Of a DNA stretch of 64,000 bases, positions 39,790 to 50,872 are shown one piece after another (within the stretch, counting starts at the first letter, position 1; the number at the start of each line of letters is the position of its first letter). Position numbers and translations under genes: made by a program. The DNA lies in the NCBI GenBank assembly GCA_009103225.1, contig RHPI01002438.1, positions 998,755-1,062,754 on the forward strand. Direction: 5' to 3'. Source of the DNA: Chlorokybus atmophyticus (lineage: Eukaryota; Plantae; Mesostigma and Chlorokybus algae). The notes under the pieces are model-generated. The model worked only from the letters and a program-made list of their open reading frames with translations. It made no database searches and was not told the DNA's origin.

Positions 39790-39950
39790 CCTATGGTTGA
39801 TGGTACGAGTTATGCATTCGTGCCATCCATGCTTTGTACAACCAAGGGTAACAATGGTTTGGGCGTAACATTAATGGTACGACAGAGGCATCTCTCGTCC
39901 AACCCAGCCATTGGCGTACAATGGCTCTGTCGTTTCATCCATGGTACAAC
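39790..39950. promoter_or_regulatory. ATGGTAC/GTACCAT motif cluster 1
   Basis: ATGGTAC at about 39800, 39874 and 39941 plus near-variants; lies between two divergently transcribed ORFs. Confidence 0.5.
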
Positions 39951-40009
39951 AAAGGCATTGCTCGACCAGCCCTAATGGGAGTTAGCGTGCACTCACTCAA
40001 ACAGCTTCA

Positions 40010-43000
40010 TTGATGGCCGGATGATGGCACGCAGGGGCATCAGGCAGATGACGGCTCGAATGTCAGGCATAGTGGACCTGGGTTTGGCTAGGAGGCGAAG
40101 GACTATGAGTAGGAGAAGGCGGCGGCGGCGGCGGCGGGGCACATTTTGCGAGAAGTTGTGGTCGTAAGAGTTCAAGCAGCGAAGCCAGCTAATACCGGGC
40201 GCCACGTTATGGATCATGGCAGGCGTCGACAATGGGGCTGTCCAACATGCATCAGCAACATTGGACAAACCAGCGGGCAAGCCATTAAGGACCATCTTTA
40301 CACAGGGATCTGCTTGGTGGCTCGCTTTCCGCAACAAGGAATGGATTGGGAGCTGCAGTCCTTGGAGCCCCTTGTCAGAACCATGCGGGACCAATTGCGA
40401 TTGTGAGAACAAGCACAAAGGAATGCAGGGGTACGCTCAATAGTCACATGCATTTCCTTGCAAAAGCAACTTTTGTTTTTGCGCAGTCCATGTGATACAT
40501 GTAGCGTGGTTGCAGACCTCCATTATTCACCCATACCCACCCCACAGTTAAGCCGACATTGCGAAAGCCATAGTAGATAGACAGAGCTGGGCGGCGGTAT
40601 GTTGTTGCCAATCTCGCTGTGCATGTTGCCTCCAATGCATGCCTACTTTTGCATGCTATGATGTGCGTGAGCGTGCGAAGTCGCGTGCGCGTGCCGAACA
40701 AAGTAGGTTGGGTTTGAGCATAGGAGCGCGTGGCCATTCGTCCGGCATTCAACCAGTAGTGCATCAACCAGCAATAACGCAGTCCATGCAATTATTTGCG
40801 CATCAACCAGCAATGCCGCAGGTGACTGTTCGAAGCAATTAATTGATGACGGTGTGACGTAGTTGACCAATTGCAATTGCAGAGTCGCAAGCATGCAGCT
40901 AACCCACATGTGATTGGTTTACAACACCACAGTGCACTAGGTCCTGTTGGAGCTCCTATGCAAGCCTAGATTCAATCCCATCAATTGGTCCTTCAATCCC
41001 ACTTGCTGATGGGCGCGGCGGCAAAGCGGCGTCAGGTAAACACGCATGTTGGTCTGTTCAATCCCGACATGTCCATTGGGGCAGTTGCGCATCTTGTGCC
41101 CATGGCTCACGAGCTCCGTGACGAGTCTGCGATTGAGGGTGGCGGGGAGAGTGCACCCAATACCACCTTGTCAGCCCCCATGGCTTCACCTGCTCCATGC
41201 AGCCCACGGGTCATTGAGGTAAGTCGCTGTCTTTTATGCTGGTGCCTTGGTAACAATGCGTCATGCACTGCATAAGCTTATATTCGTCCTTTGCAACATT
41301 GCGAGCCATCTTATCCTGTATCCTATATACAACCCCCCTTGCTGCATGCACAAGTGGTCTCTCCGGCCGCACCTGCTCCCCTCGCAGTCAAAGCGCATCC
41401 ACCTTCCGCGGCACAGGTCCTTCATGCACTGCCGTCTCCTCCACGAGCAGCACCAATGATTGCGGGGCAACAATCCTACTTGCCGCAACCAGCGAGACCA
41501 CAGCACAATGCAATAACCGATGTGGCTTATGCACCTACCTTACCCCACCCGCTGCAAGTTGAAGCCGGCAGTCTGCCCCAAGCTCAGGTACTTGATCAGT
41601 AACTGTGACTCCAACTGTCGACGACTCTTGCCGTCGACAGTTGGACACACCATACGAGTGCTGCATGCAACAGGGGTCACCACCTGCCAGCGAGTCATCA
41701 GAGGAGCTGGCCACAACCCGCATACGGCCATCAGTCATGCTAAGTGGCCAGCTCGCCTCATGGGACCACTTCAATGCACCAACGGATGGAAATTGCTTCT
41801 ACCAGTGTGTGTTTCGCGCCAGGCCATCCATAGCGCAAAGTGTCCTAGATGATCACAAGTGCCCCAGCTCTAGCCGATTTGGCCATGCTGGACACCATGC
41901 ACGACGATGGCAGGGGGGACACGCTCCGCAAAATCACCGCCGGAAGGCTGTTGATACGTGTGGCGAGCAAAACCCTAGACTTCTGCAGAGCCACTGGTGC
42001 TGCGGGAAAGATGGCGCAGTATTACGACAAACTGCCAGCGACCATATTAGCTGATGTCAATTGCAACATTGACATAGCCATGGCTAAGGTGCAACAGATG
42101 GTGCAGAGAAAAGATGTGTACATGGAGCACCTGCAGATGACCATGTTTGCCAACAAGCTGCACTTGTTGATTGGCTGCGTGACCGTTTAGCGCGAGCATG
42201 GGGAGTGGGTGCCATGGCCCGGCAGCGCAGTTTGGGTTGGAAATAGAGAAGCCCCCAACTCAGTTCTGGTGGTGGGCAACACTGCTTGTGATGAGCTAGA
42301 AGCACACTTCTGGCTCCTCAAGCCTGCAAGCACCGAACAATGGTCGTGGCCTATGCATGAAGTGCCACTGGAGGTAACAGACCTGATCGGAGAATGGCGG
42401 AATGGCGTTGCCAATTCCCCGCTACTACCGGTTGCGACTCACGTTGCTGCGCCAACGCCTCAGGCCTCGCTTTCGTGTGCTAGGCAAGAAGTAGCCGACT
42501 GTCCCGCACATCCTGTCTCCCCTCAACCATAGCCACATGCTCGCGGTAACAATTCAACACCCTCCCTTCCTGCTGCGGAGACTCACTTGCCACCGCAATC
42601 TGACCATCCGAAGGCATCTCCATCAAGAAGCAGCGGTAGCTCGCCCTCTCCCTCTAAGCTCGCCACATTGATCTCAGCCTGTATTGTTGGTAAAGAGATT
42701 GATCGAGGTGTCTAAAAGCTGCGCTGAAAGACAAAGGCTTCACGCTCGACCTCATGAAGCAACATGAGGTCGTGGAGGAACGGGAGGCAACCAACAAGCG
42801 CAAGGCTGTGTTATAAGAAGATAACGCCTTACCTCCTATGAGTGACAGTGCTACGGAGAGCGCCTGCCAGGATGTGCAGGTTGACAAAAAAAAGGAGAAG
42901 GTTGTTGGAACAAGGGACGCTGACATGAACAAAAAAGCAAAGGTGAGGCATCGTTACAATGCTAAGGAGCAAAGCGCCTTGAAGCCTCACTAGGGCTAAC

Positions 43001-44098
43001 TGTATGTCCTGAGTAGGCACAGGCGGGTTTACAGCGTCATGTGGCTGCTCAGCATTTTTAAAAGAGACAGCCGGTGCAGCACCAGCTGCCTAAGCTCAAA
43101 GCACCGACACGCAGTCGCTTTGAGGGTCTGACTCGTAGTGCAAAGGAGTTGATTGCTCTACAATTCGACCAAAACGCGCTGCATCACCGCATGCGGCATG
43201 CCTTGAGGTGGGTGACGAAAGTATGCAATAAAAGGGAGCAAACGCGTAGAGTGCGGTCTACACAAACCTTTGGGGATTGGCCGTGGTTGGAACCCAAACA
43301 TGATATGGCCATCCGAAGTACGTTGTTGCCCCTCGCCGTCCTTCATATGATGGTGTTGTTGCTGCCGCAGCAACGCAGCAATGTGCAAGAGCTATCCGCG
43401 GAGCAGAACTTTGACCTGCTGCAGCGAATGTACCTACTGATATCGACTGATGCGGGTCGAGATGTGTGCCACTACCTGAGCAAACATACTGGATGGTAAG
43501 TAAACCCATTTGAGCTGTACTTGGCATGCTTTGACTGGCATTGGTTGTATGTCATACGGCACGTCGAGCTGATTTTGTGAAAGATTGAAGACAATGGCGA
43601 TGCAGGCAATTGCACGAGTGGCAACAACCATGTCGAAGGGCTGCATGAACGCATGCTGGACGAGACCACTAAGACCAGTAGGTGGTGTATAGCGGCACAT
43701 GGGCGTCAGGTAATCGAGCAGGCAGTGGATCGTTATACTGCGCCATTCAGATGGGAGTCGCTGTGCAACGCGATAACAACGTTTCGTGGCAGAGGCAGCT
43801 TGCACACCCGCGTGCACCATGCATGCTAATTTGTCCCATTGAAGAGCCACCCCCCCCAGCGGATGGGGAGACGCCCTGTTGCAAGAAAGCGATGTGCCAT
43901 GTGTGCATCATAGCACATCACAAATGCGTGGCAAATGAAAGAATTTACAAGCGTGTCCCTTCTGCAAGCAACCTCACCCGTTTAGGTCGCCATGCCTGCT
44001 GCAAGACGCCAACGTGTCGGCGGTATTTTGGCCCCCGCCTTGATGACAATTATGCATGTATTGTAGTTTGTGTTGGCTTCCTGCGAATTATGATGTAG
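40010..44098 (+). pseudogene. Large disrupted ORF: C2HC-like zinc finger, OTU-like cysteine protease, C-terminal RING-like Cys cluster
   Basis: WGCPTC-x12-H-x5-C at about 40230-40310. OTU Cys box APTDGNCFYQC at about 41776-41808, YMEHLQMTMFANKLHLLIGC, His box AHFWLL at about 42302. CPI..PCCKKAMCHVC..CKTPTC at about 43830-44020. Several in-frame stops (e.g. 42188, 43497) and frameshifts. Confidence 0.68.
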
Positions 44099-44314
44099 GT
44101 ACATGTATACTTACAGCATGGTGCATGGTGCACCCGACATCTGCTGTTGTCAGAAGCATTGGCTGTACATGTGTATGACAACTACTCGGCGCATGAGTCA
44201 GTGCATGGCTTGCATACCTTGCAGGTTCAGAGCGTGGTTGACAGCAACAAACTCGGACAGCGCTCTGGGTTCCATATAATGACAGCACAATATCACTCTA
44301 CAATCGTGGTAGTA

Positions 44315-44430
44315 TGCGAGTATCCTGGTACTATAGTACCATTAATGGATGGAGTACCATTCATGTTGATATACCATGAACGATATTACAGTACCATGCA
44401 TGGTACTGTAATACTGTCAATGGTACAGTC
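44315..44430. promoter_or_regulatory. ATGGTAC/GTACCAT motif cluster 2 with a 30-bp perfect palindrome
   Basis: TGGTACtataGTACCA, GTACCATT, TATTACAGTACCATGCATGGTACTGTAATA (44384-44413), CAATGGTAC. Confidence 0.6.
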
Positions 44431-44543
44431 GTGCTTCTTGAAGTGTGACTCATTTAGGGTTCGCAAGCTGGCAACCCTAAATTGATGCCCATACCCTAAA
44501 GTTTCGCTCAGTTTGTGGGCAGTCGTGCCGATTCATATTTTGC

Positions 44544-45337
44544 ATGATGTCGGCGGCAGCAGTTGAATCCCCCCCACCTAGGAGACCATGCTTGGTGTGC
44601 CCACAATGCAATGCGTACGTATGTGCTAATGGCCGTAGGCAGCAAATGCGAGCACGCTTGACCGAATGCCAGCGAGTGCAGACAGTGTGCCACGGTTGTA
44701 GTGCTGCTTGCTGGCATCACACCACATACAATGTCGACGTGTTTGGCTGCCGCCTCGGTAAAGTGCTGTGCAAGGAACCCAAGTTTTTCCATTGCGTGCA
44801 ATGCGTGTGCGAATCGTGCTCGCGCTCATGCTTCGAGTGGCGAGGGGAACCCATGCGCTTTTTCATGTGGACAACACCGGGACATGTGGTCAGTGGACAG
44901 GTGGTGGATGCTGTGGAGGTAATTTAGCAGAGTGGACAGTGACGTATCACTGCATATTATATTGGGCGTATGCTTATTTCATGCATGTTAAAGCTGTTGT
45001 CGCATTCATAGCAGCCTTCCACGGTGTGGGCGTGGGCAGTTCCACCCCCTAGCCGCTGTAGAGGAGACAGACAATCGACCATTGGACAGCGAACTGCATT
45101 GGCTGCGGAACGCGGTTGGGATGCGAGCAGCTGATCAGTGTGAGTGTCATGGGCATTGGCCGGATGGGGAATGGTATGCGGGCGTTGCGGAATCATTCAA
45201 GGGCAGCACCGTATATTATTCGATGACGGTGACGACCACAAACCATTAACTTCAAAGGGCATTACGTATTCGCGTACACATCTGTTGACGGGGCACGCCA
45301 TGTTCTGCGCGCCGGAGGGGAGAATGTCAGTCGCTAA
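44544..45337 (+). pseudogene. Cys-rich PHD-like finger exon plus Tudor-like domain exon (putative 5' exons of the methyltransferase)
   Basis: CLVCPQCNAYVC..CQRVQTVCHGC..CWHH..C..LCKEPKFFHCVQCVCESC, donor near 44918, then AVGMR..HWPDGEWYAG..QHRILFDDGDD (Tudor-like aromatic pattern) with frameshifts. Confidence 0.6.
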
Positions 45338-45435
45338 GTAAGCTCGGACGGCATCATTGTTAATCTCTGGCTAGCACCACGGCCAACCTTAACCACATAC
45401 ACGCCATTTGACAACAAGCTTGGACGCACACGCAG

Positions 45436-46158
45436 ACCAAGGCACTGGACCTATTCTGCGGCGGTAGCGGTGCCAGTGTTAGCTTATATCACGCAGGCTT
45501 TGACGTGATCGGGATGGACATAAGTCCCTCCTATGAGTACCGCTGCCCTTTATACACCGCGATGTGTGCACCCCGAATGCAGGAGAGCTGAGTACGAGCT
45601 CATATGGGCCAGTCCACCGTGCCAGGTCTATTCAGGTGCTATTCCGGCACCTCAACGGGCGGCACATGGCACATCCTGGAGACAACAGGATATACCGTTC
45701 GTCCGATATCTGCTATTTGCAAGCCAGGTCAAGTTTGTGGTTGAAAATGTGCCAGGAGCAGCATCCTCATTCAGACCCAATCTGTCCCTTTGTGGCACGA
45801 TGTTTAGCCTATCAACCTTCCGACACCATCTGTTTGAGACACAGCCAATGGTAGCTACCCCACCTGCACGCGCTGCTTGCACGCGGGCAAGGCGGCTGGA
45901 CGGCTATTGTTACACCTGTTCGCTAGCGCTAAGAAGAAGACAATTGTGACATCAAACGCGCCACAGCAAATGTACCTGGTCTATGGCCTTCCAAGCACTA
46001 GGGGCGGCATTGCTGCATGGCAAACAGCGCTGAGAGTGCCCTGAATGACCTCGGCCGTTATCATAGCGAATGCAGTTCCTCCCGCAATGGCGGAGTGCAT
46101 AGGGCGTCTCATACTTGAAACAATGGATATGCGCTGTGACTACCCTCCTGTGTCATGA
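45436..46158 (+). pseudogene. Phage/bacterial-type C5 cytosine DNA methyltransferase domain (disrupted)
   Basis: Motif I ALDLFCGGSGA..AGFDVIGMDI (45442-45525), motif IV IWASPPCQ (Cys 45620-45622), motif VI FVVENVPG (45743), LCGTMF..RHHLFE, motif X AW..ALRVP*MT..IANAVPPAMAECIGRLIL. Frameshifts near 45550 and 45860, TGA at 46042. Confidence 0.9.
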
Positions 46159-46329
46159 GACTATGAGGCTTTGATGTGGTGCACTGTATTAATGCTTAAT
46201 GGCAAACAGCTGACTGATTGAATGTTGCATTCAACATCCGATTGTGGTGACAGTTATGCAGTAACAGCTGCCCGGTACTGTACACGTCCACATGCAAAAG
46301 TCTTAGCATACGATTAGCAATGCCTAACC

Positions 46330-49300
46330 AAATTATGCTTCAAATTCAGAGTAGTGAGACAAGTACATGTGTCACGTGGCAGTGCAATAAACGTTCACCA
46401 AATGCTTGCCCTTTTGTACACGGGCGCTGTCCTTGTTATATATGGGGAGCAGCTGGACAATGCCTTTTACCCTCCAGAGTCACGACATCGAGATGTGGAC
46501 CCCCTCGACGCTTTTCCCATTTCAGAGCGATGCACTTCGTGTCGCTTGTTACATCCAGCTTCGTGTACCAGCGGAAAAACACGACCTCCTTCCACGCGTT
46601 CGCCGCTACCACCCCACACCACCATGCGCAGAAAAAGGAGTGCCTGAGCCCACCACGTCACGTTCACACCGTCCTTATCACCTTCTAACTCAAATGTAGA
46701 GAACCAAGGCCGCCCATGGATCATCCCAGTTGCGCGCGCCATGCTGACTCCGGATGTCATGTACACCGCTGCGTCTCCGTTTACCACGTGAACAGCACAC
46801 CACCCGTCGGCCAACTCCAGTTGTTCCCTCCTCAACCAGCTGTCCAAAGTGGCAGGCCAATTGTCGGCGAATGGACTTTTCAGGGCGACTTGGCGGCTAC
46901 GCGCAGAACCGCCCCAGTACGGGCTAGACTCCCTCCTTGTCAGCACATCCATCCGTAGCAACTTGTCCGTCTTCTCCATTACAGCACTGCTGCCGCGCCT
47001 GCGCCAAAACCGAGCGCATCTCGGGATCCACAACCATGCCGTCCTCTCTTGCATATTCCGCACAGCTCCATGCCTTCAGGATATGCGCCTGGTAGTCCCC
47101 GTTGTGGCCACCACGCGCCCATTGTTTGATACTTTGGGCGTGCGTCTGCTCCATGCGGTTGGCGCTGAACCAATCGGGGTGTCCACTGTTGACAATTGCG
47201 GCCCAAAATAAGTGAGCTGATGCATCTTCTCGATCTTCCAACCTGACTTCTGTGCAGAATATGATGACATTAGCGGATGCAACACTGCAGATTTGAAGGC
47301 AGCCAGCTCGTTGTCGGCTGTGGTCAGGGTCTCTCTTGTGTGTTCGTGCGCCTTGAGCAACTTCTTCTGCCACTGGGCAAGCGATGCAACAGCAATGGTG
47401 AAAACATTGTTGCCCTCACTGTCGAGCAGTAAACCGTCTGCAAGGACTGGCAGCAGCTGCAGCACCGCCACTTTCTCCACCACCTGAAAGGAGTGGTCGG
47501 ATAGGAAGGAAATCCACTGTGCTTGTGGGTGCCTTGAAATGCGAAACCCGTAGAGTCGCCTTGCATGCATTCAGCCTGTGCAAGTCTGCTTGTGAGCACG
47601 TGTCGTTGGCTTTTGTGTTCAACAAAAAAGCAACACCAAAGACGTGCCTGGCTTGCACAATCTGTCTCGTGGATGGACGCATTCGCTCCTTCGCAGCGTC
47701 GTACACAGCAGCAAGCAGGTGGTCAATGATGCCTCCTAGCACATGCATTGCATCAGGGGCAAGACGAGAGTAGCAGTCAGCTCCCGGCACCCGCGACTGT
47801 CGCCAACCCCACAGTGCATTCTGTTGCCAAACCACATTGCCTGGTTACACGGAAAGCCATTCATCCTCACAATTGCCGGTAATTTAACCATTACCTCCTC
47901 GACATGCATGGAGTGCTGCTCTTTAAAAGCCTTGGCTGTTTGGCGTGCATTCCTAACACCGCTATGCAGGTCCGCCCGCAGCTGACGTAGTACTGGTGTG
48001 TAGAAAGCCTCGGTTCTCTCTCAATTCCCGATCCTCATCCATCTACAACAGATCTGATTTCATAACGAGACAAACATCGCAAGGGTGTCGTGTTTGGTTG
48101 CCCGACACAGTGCGTGCGAGTGTGGCAATCTCCTGCAACACGACAAACTCAGATGCTCCACTGACAACATCCTCCATGCACTGTTTGCCGGCAGGCTGCA
48201 TCCGGTTACAACCATGCATGCCCACTACCTGCAAGTCGCTGATGTAGTTGGCAAGCGCGGGAAACACACGATGCTCGATGCCGTTCGGATTGATGAGCTG
48301 CAGACCTTGCCAGCTCGCCCGCTTCACATCCCCTTACACTATATTCAAAGCGTTATGAAAAATCTCACGTTTCCGTATTGAGAACGATTCCTTGCCCTGC
48401 GCTCAGGTAGGATGCCCGGCCACTGCATGAACCACCAAAAGCGCTATCATAACAACCTTCGTGTTACTAGCAGACATGTCCCCAACTGTAGTTGCCAAGC
48501 TATGCCATCAGAGGATAGCCAGAGCGCTTGCCCGCGCTGTCCAGCGTGGTCTTGTCACTGTACAGAATGGCAGGCGCCAAGTAGGACGCTTCCCCACCTC
48601 ACTTCTCAAATCCACCTCCACATCCTTCCACCAATCGCCCGTGGAAGGATGGCCAAAGCTGTGCTCGTCACCACTATACTGAAGATTGAAGCCATTAGCG
48701 GCATGTGGATTGCCATACAGCCGCGCGAGCCATACCTGCTCCGACCAAGAGCAATACCAGGCATGCTGGCCTCGGAATGGATACTGCATCGATACTGCAT
48801 TTACAGACCTTGGCCGACATATATGTGACGCTGATGTCCTGATCCTCGGGGTCTTCAGGCCTGCGCAGGTCAGCCGTCACGTAGTTCTCATACGGCAGCA
48901 CATTAGCATGTGCATATGTGACACGGCTCTGATGGTTGAAGCACATGCACCGCACACCGTGAACACCTCGGACTGAGAGAAAGCAATTGTGGTCCGGAGG
49001 TAGCTAGCCACATGCACACCGGTCTCCCACTGGAGCTCTTTGTCAGAAAGTGTGCATTTCGGATGCACTTGATGACCCGCCCCCATGTCGGAGTCCGACA
49101 GGCCTTGGCTGTTGTTGCACTGCACGAATGCCACTGCAAGAGCATGCTCCGAGCGACACCACCTGGATTCCGATGCGTGCGAAAGGACGCCTCCACTTCC
49201 ATGTAGGCGTGCTACAGGTTTCTCAGGCACACGCACACGTCAAAAGCCCTCGTTCACTTCCTCCTCCTCATGTTGCTACTGTGCGTGTGTCTCCTGGAGG

Positions 49301-49491
49301 GATCCTTCAGCATCAAGCATGTGCGCATCCTGCATCGAACTCCCCGGTTCAACATGACCCGCATCGTACTGTAATGGACGCTGGCCGACATACAACTTGA
49401 TTTGCTTGCACACCCTGCTGCTAACAATGTACATGTAGACCGAGCTACGTGTGGCGAAGCGCATGTGGCAATACGGACAAAAGACTCCCAT
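46330..49491 (-). pseudogene. Plavaka-family (CACTA/EnSpm-related) DNA transposase, disrupted
   Basis: N-terminal FCPYCHMRFATRSSV finger; LYGNP..F..HPSTGDWWKD; REIFHNAL; GLQLINPNGIEHRVFPALANYISDLQ[intron 48228-48133]EIATL..PCDVCLV; YSRLAPDAMHVLGGIIDHL; WKIEKMHQL..RMEQTH; RATGMIHGRPWFS..WWAQALLFL. Confidence 0.85.
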
Positions 49492-49597
49492 AGCTCACTA
49501 CTAACGTCGACACAGGTGTCGCCAATGTAACATGCATCATCATATCCAGCAACACGCACAGCCGCCGCCGCCGCTACCCTTGCATGCCAGAGGCGGG

Positions 49598-49905
49598 AAA
49601 CTTGGCCGCCATTCACTGGCTCCGTCGTACCATTATTATGGTACGATCGAGCCATTGCACGTCCAGGGTGGGGTGAGTCTCTGCATGTGTATCCTGATTG
49701 AACCGTTTCAATGGTACTAAGATGCCTTTGCCATGGAAATGGTACATTAATAAAACTTGGCCGCCATTTACTGGCTCCGTCGTACCATTACTATGGTACG
49801 ATTGAGCTGTTGCACGTCCAGGGTGGGGTGAGTCTCTGCATAAAAATCCTGATTACACCGTTACAATGGTACGAAGATGCCTTTGCCATGAAAAGGGTAC
49901 ATTGA
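49598..49905. repeat. 155-bp direct tandem duplication rich in GTACCAT/ATGGTAC (motif cluster 3, extends to about 49950)
   Basis: aaacttggccgccatt..ctggctccgtcgtaccatta(t/c)tatggtacgat..gcacgtccagggtggggtgagtctctgcat..atggtac.aagatgcctttgccatg starts at 49598 and 49753; each copy has a CGTACCAT-N4-ATGGTACG hairpin. Confidence 0.93.
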
Positions 49906-50489
49906 AATGGTACCTTTGTACAATGGCAATGGCAATTCGTACCATTGACAAGTGCTGGCAATGCCAGTCCTTGCGCATGAAAACACCATTTATGGCTCCG
50001 CCAAGCTATGCCCTTACATGGCGGTGATGCCGACGGTATGTGGGGTTTGGTGGATCGTTGGCGGCGCTGCCATGGGCGTGGTGGGCGTTGTGTTCAAGGT
50101 CCGGGATGAAGCCCATGTTCGCTCAGGGCGGGCAAGGTGCCGGTGGGGTGTCCTTGGTGTAAAACCCCATCATGCCTACCAAGGGCACAGCCAATGACAA
50201 CAGTGACTCGGGCGATATCTTATAGGGCTCCCCCTCTGAGTGGGCAAAGGCACACCACAATACTGCCTATAAGAACATCCGACCCACCAGCAGCTGCGAC
50301 CATGGTGACATGATTGAAGGGACCAAACAAGACTGGCATAGCATATAACCAAGGTGGGTTACGATGCACTGTCATGCCACATGCTAGGGTTCTTTTATCT
50401 TGCACATGCACAGGCACAAGTATCTTGCACATGATATACACTGTACGTACCACATGCACACCCTCATGCATATGAACAGCATGACCAAT

Positions 50490-50872
50490 CTCGCAAATGC
50501 ACAGCCTATTTCTACTTGCGGGAGCTCGCAAGTCGCAAAAGAGTAGATGCGAGTACCACGAACGGGTAATCCATGACCTAGGTCAATGTTTCCAGCGGCT
50601 ATTAAGCAGTATGCTTGCAGATTGCTATGTTGGTCAGAGTGAAGCAAGAGCAGCGCGGCAGGCTGACTGTCTGCCTGGCGGAGTGCAACAAAGCGAAAGA
50701 CGAGGTAAGCATTTGTATTCTGATGGGCTTGTCCTCTAGCAGCACGCCACTCTTACAGCATTACCAAATGCAGGTGGTCACTCTCAAAGCGACCATCAAG
50801 CGCATGCGCGGGCACGGCGAGGTGCTGACATTCAAGCTGAAGGATGAGGAGGGGGCTGAGGTGGAGTTCTGA
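50490..50872 (+). pseudogene. Short spliced ORF remnant of unknown function
   Basis: GT-AG-bounded segments AYFYLRELASRKRVDASTTNG / IAMLVRVKQEQRGRLTVCLAECNKAKDE / HYQMQVVTLKATIKRMRGHGEVLTFKLKDEEGAEVEF*; start not found. Confidence 0.35.
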
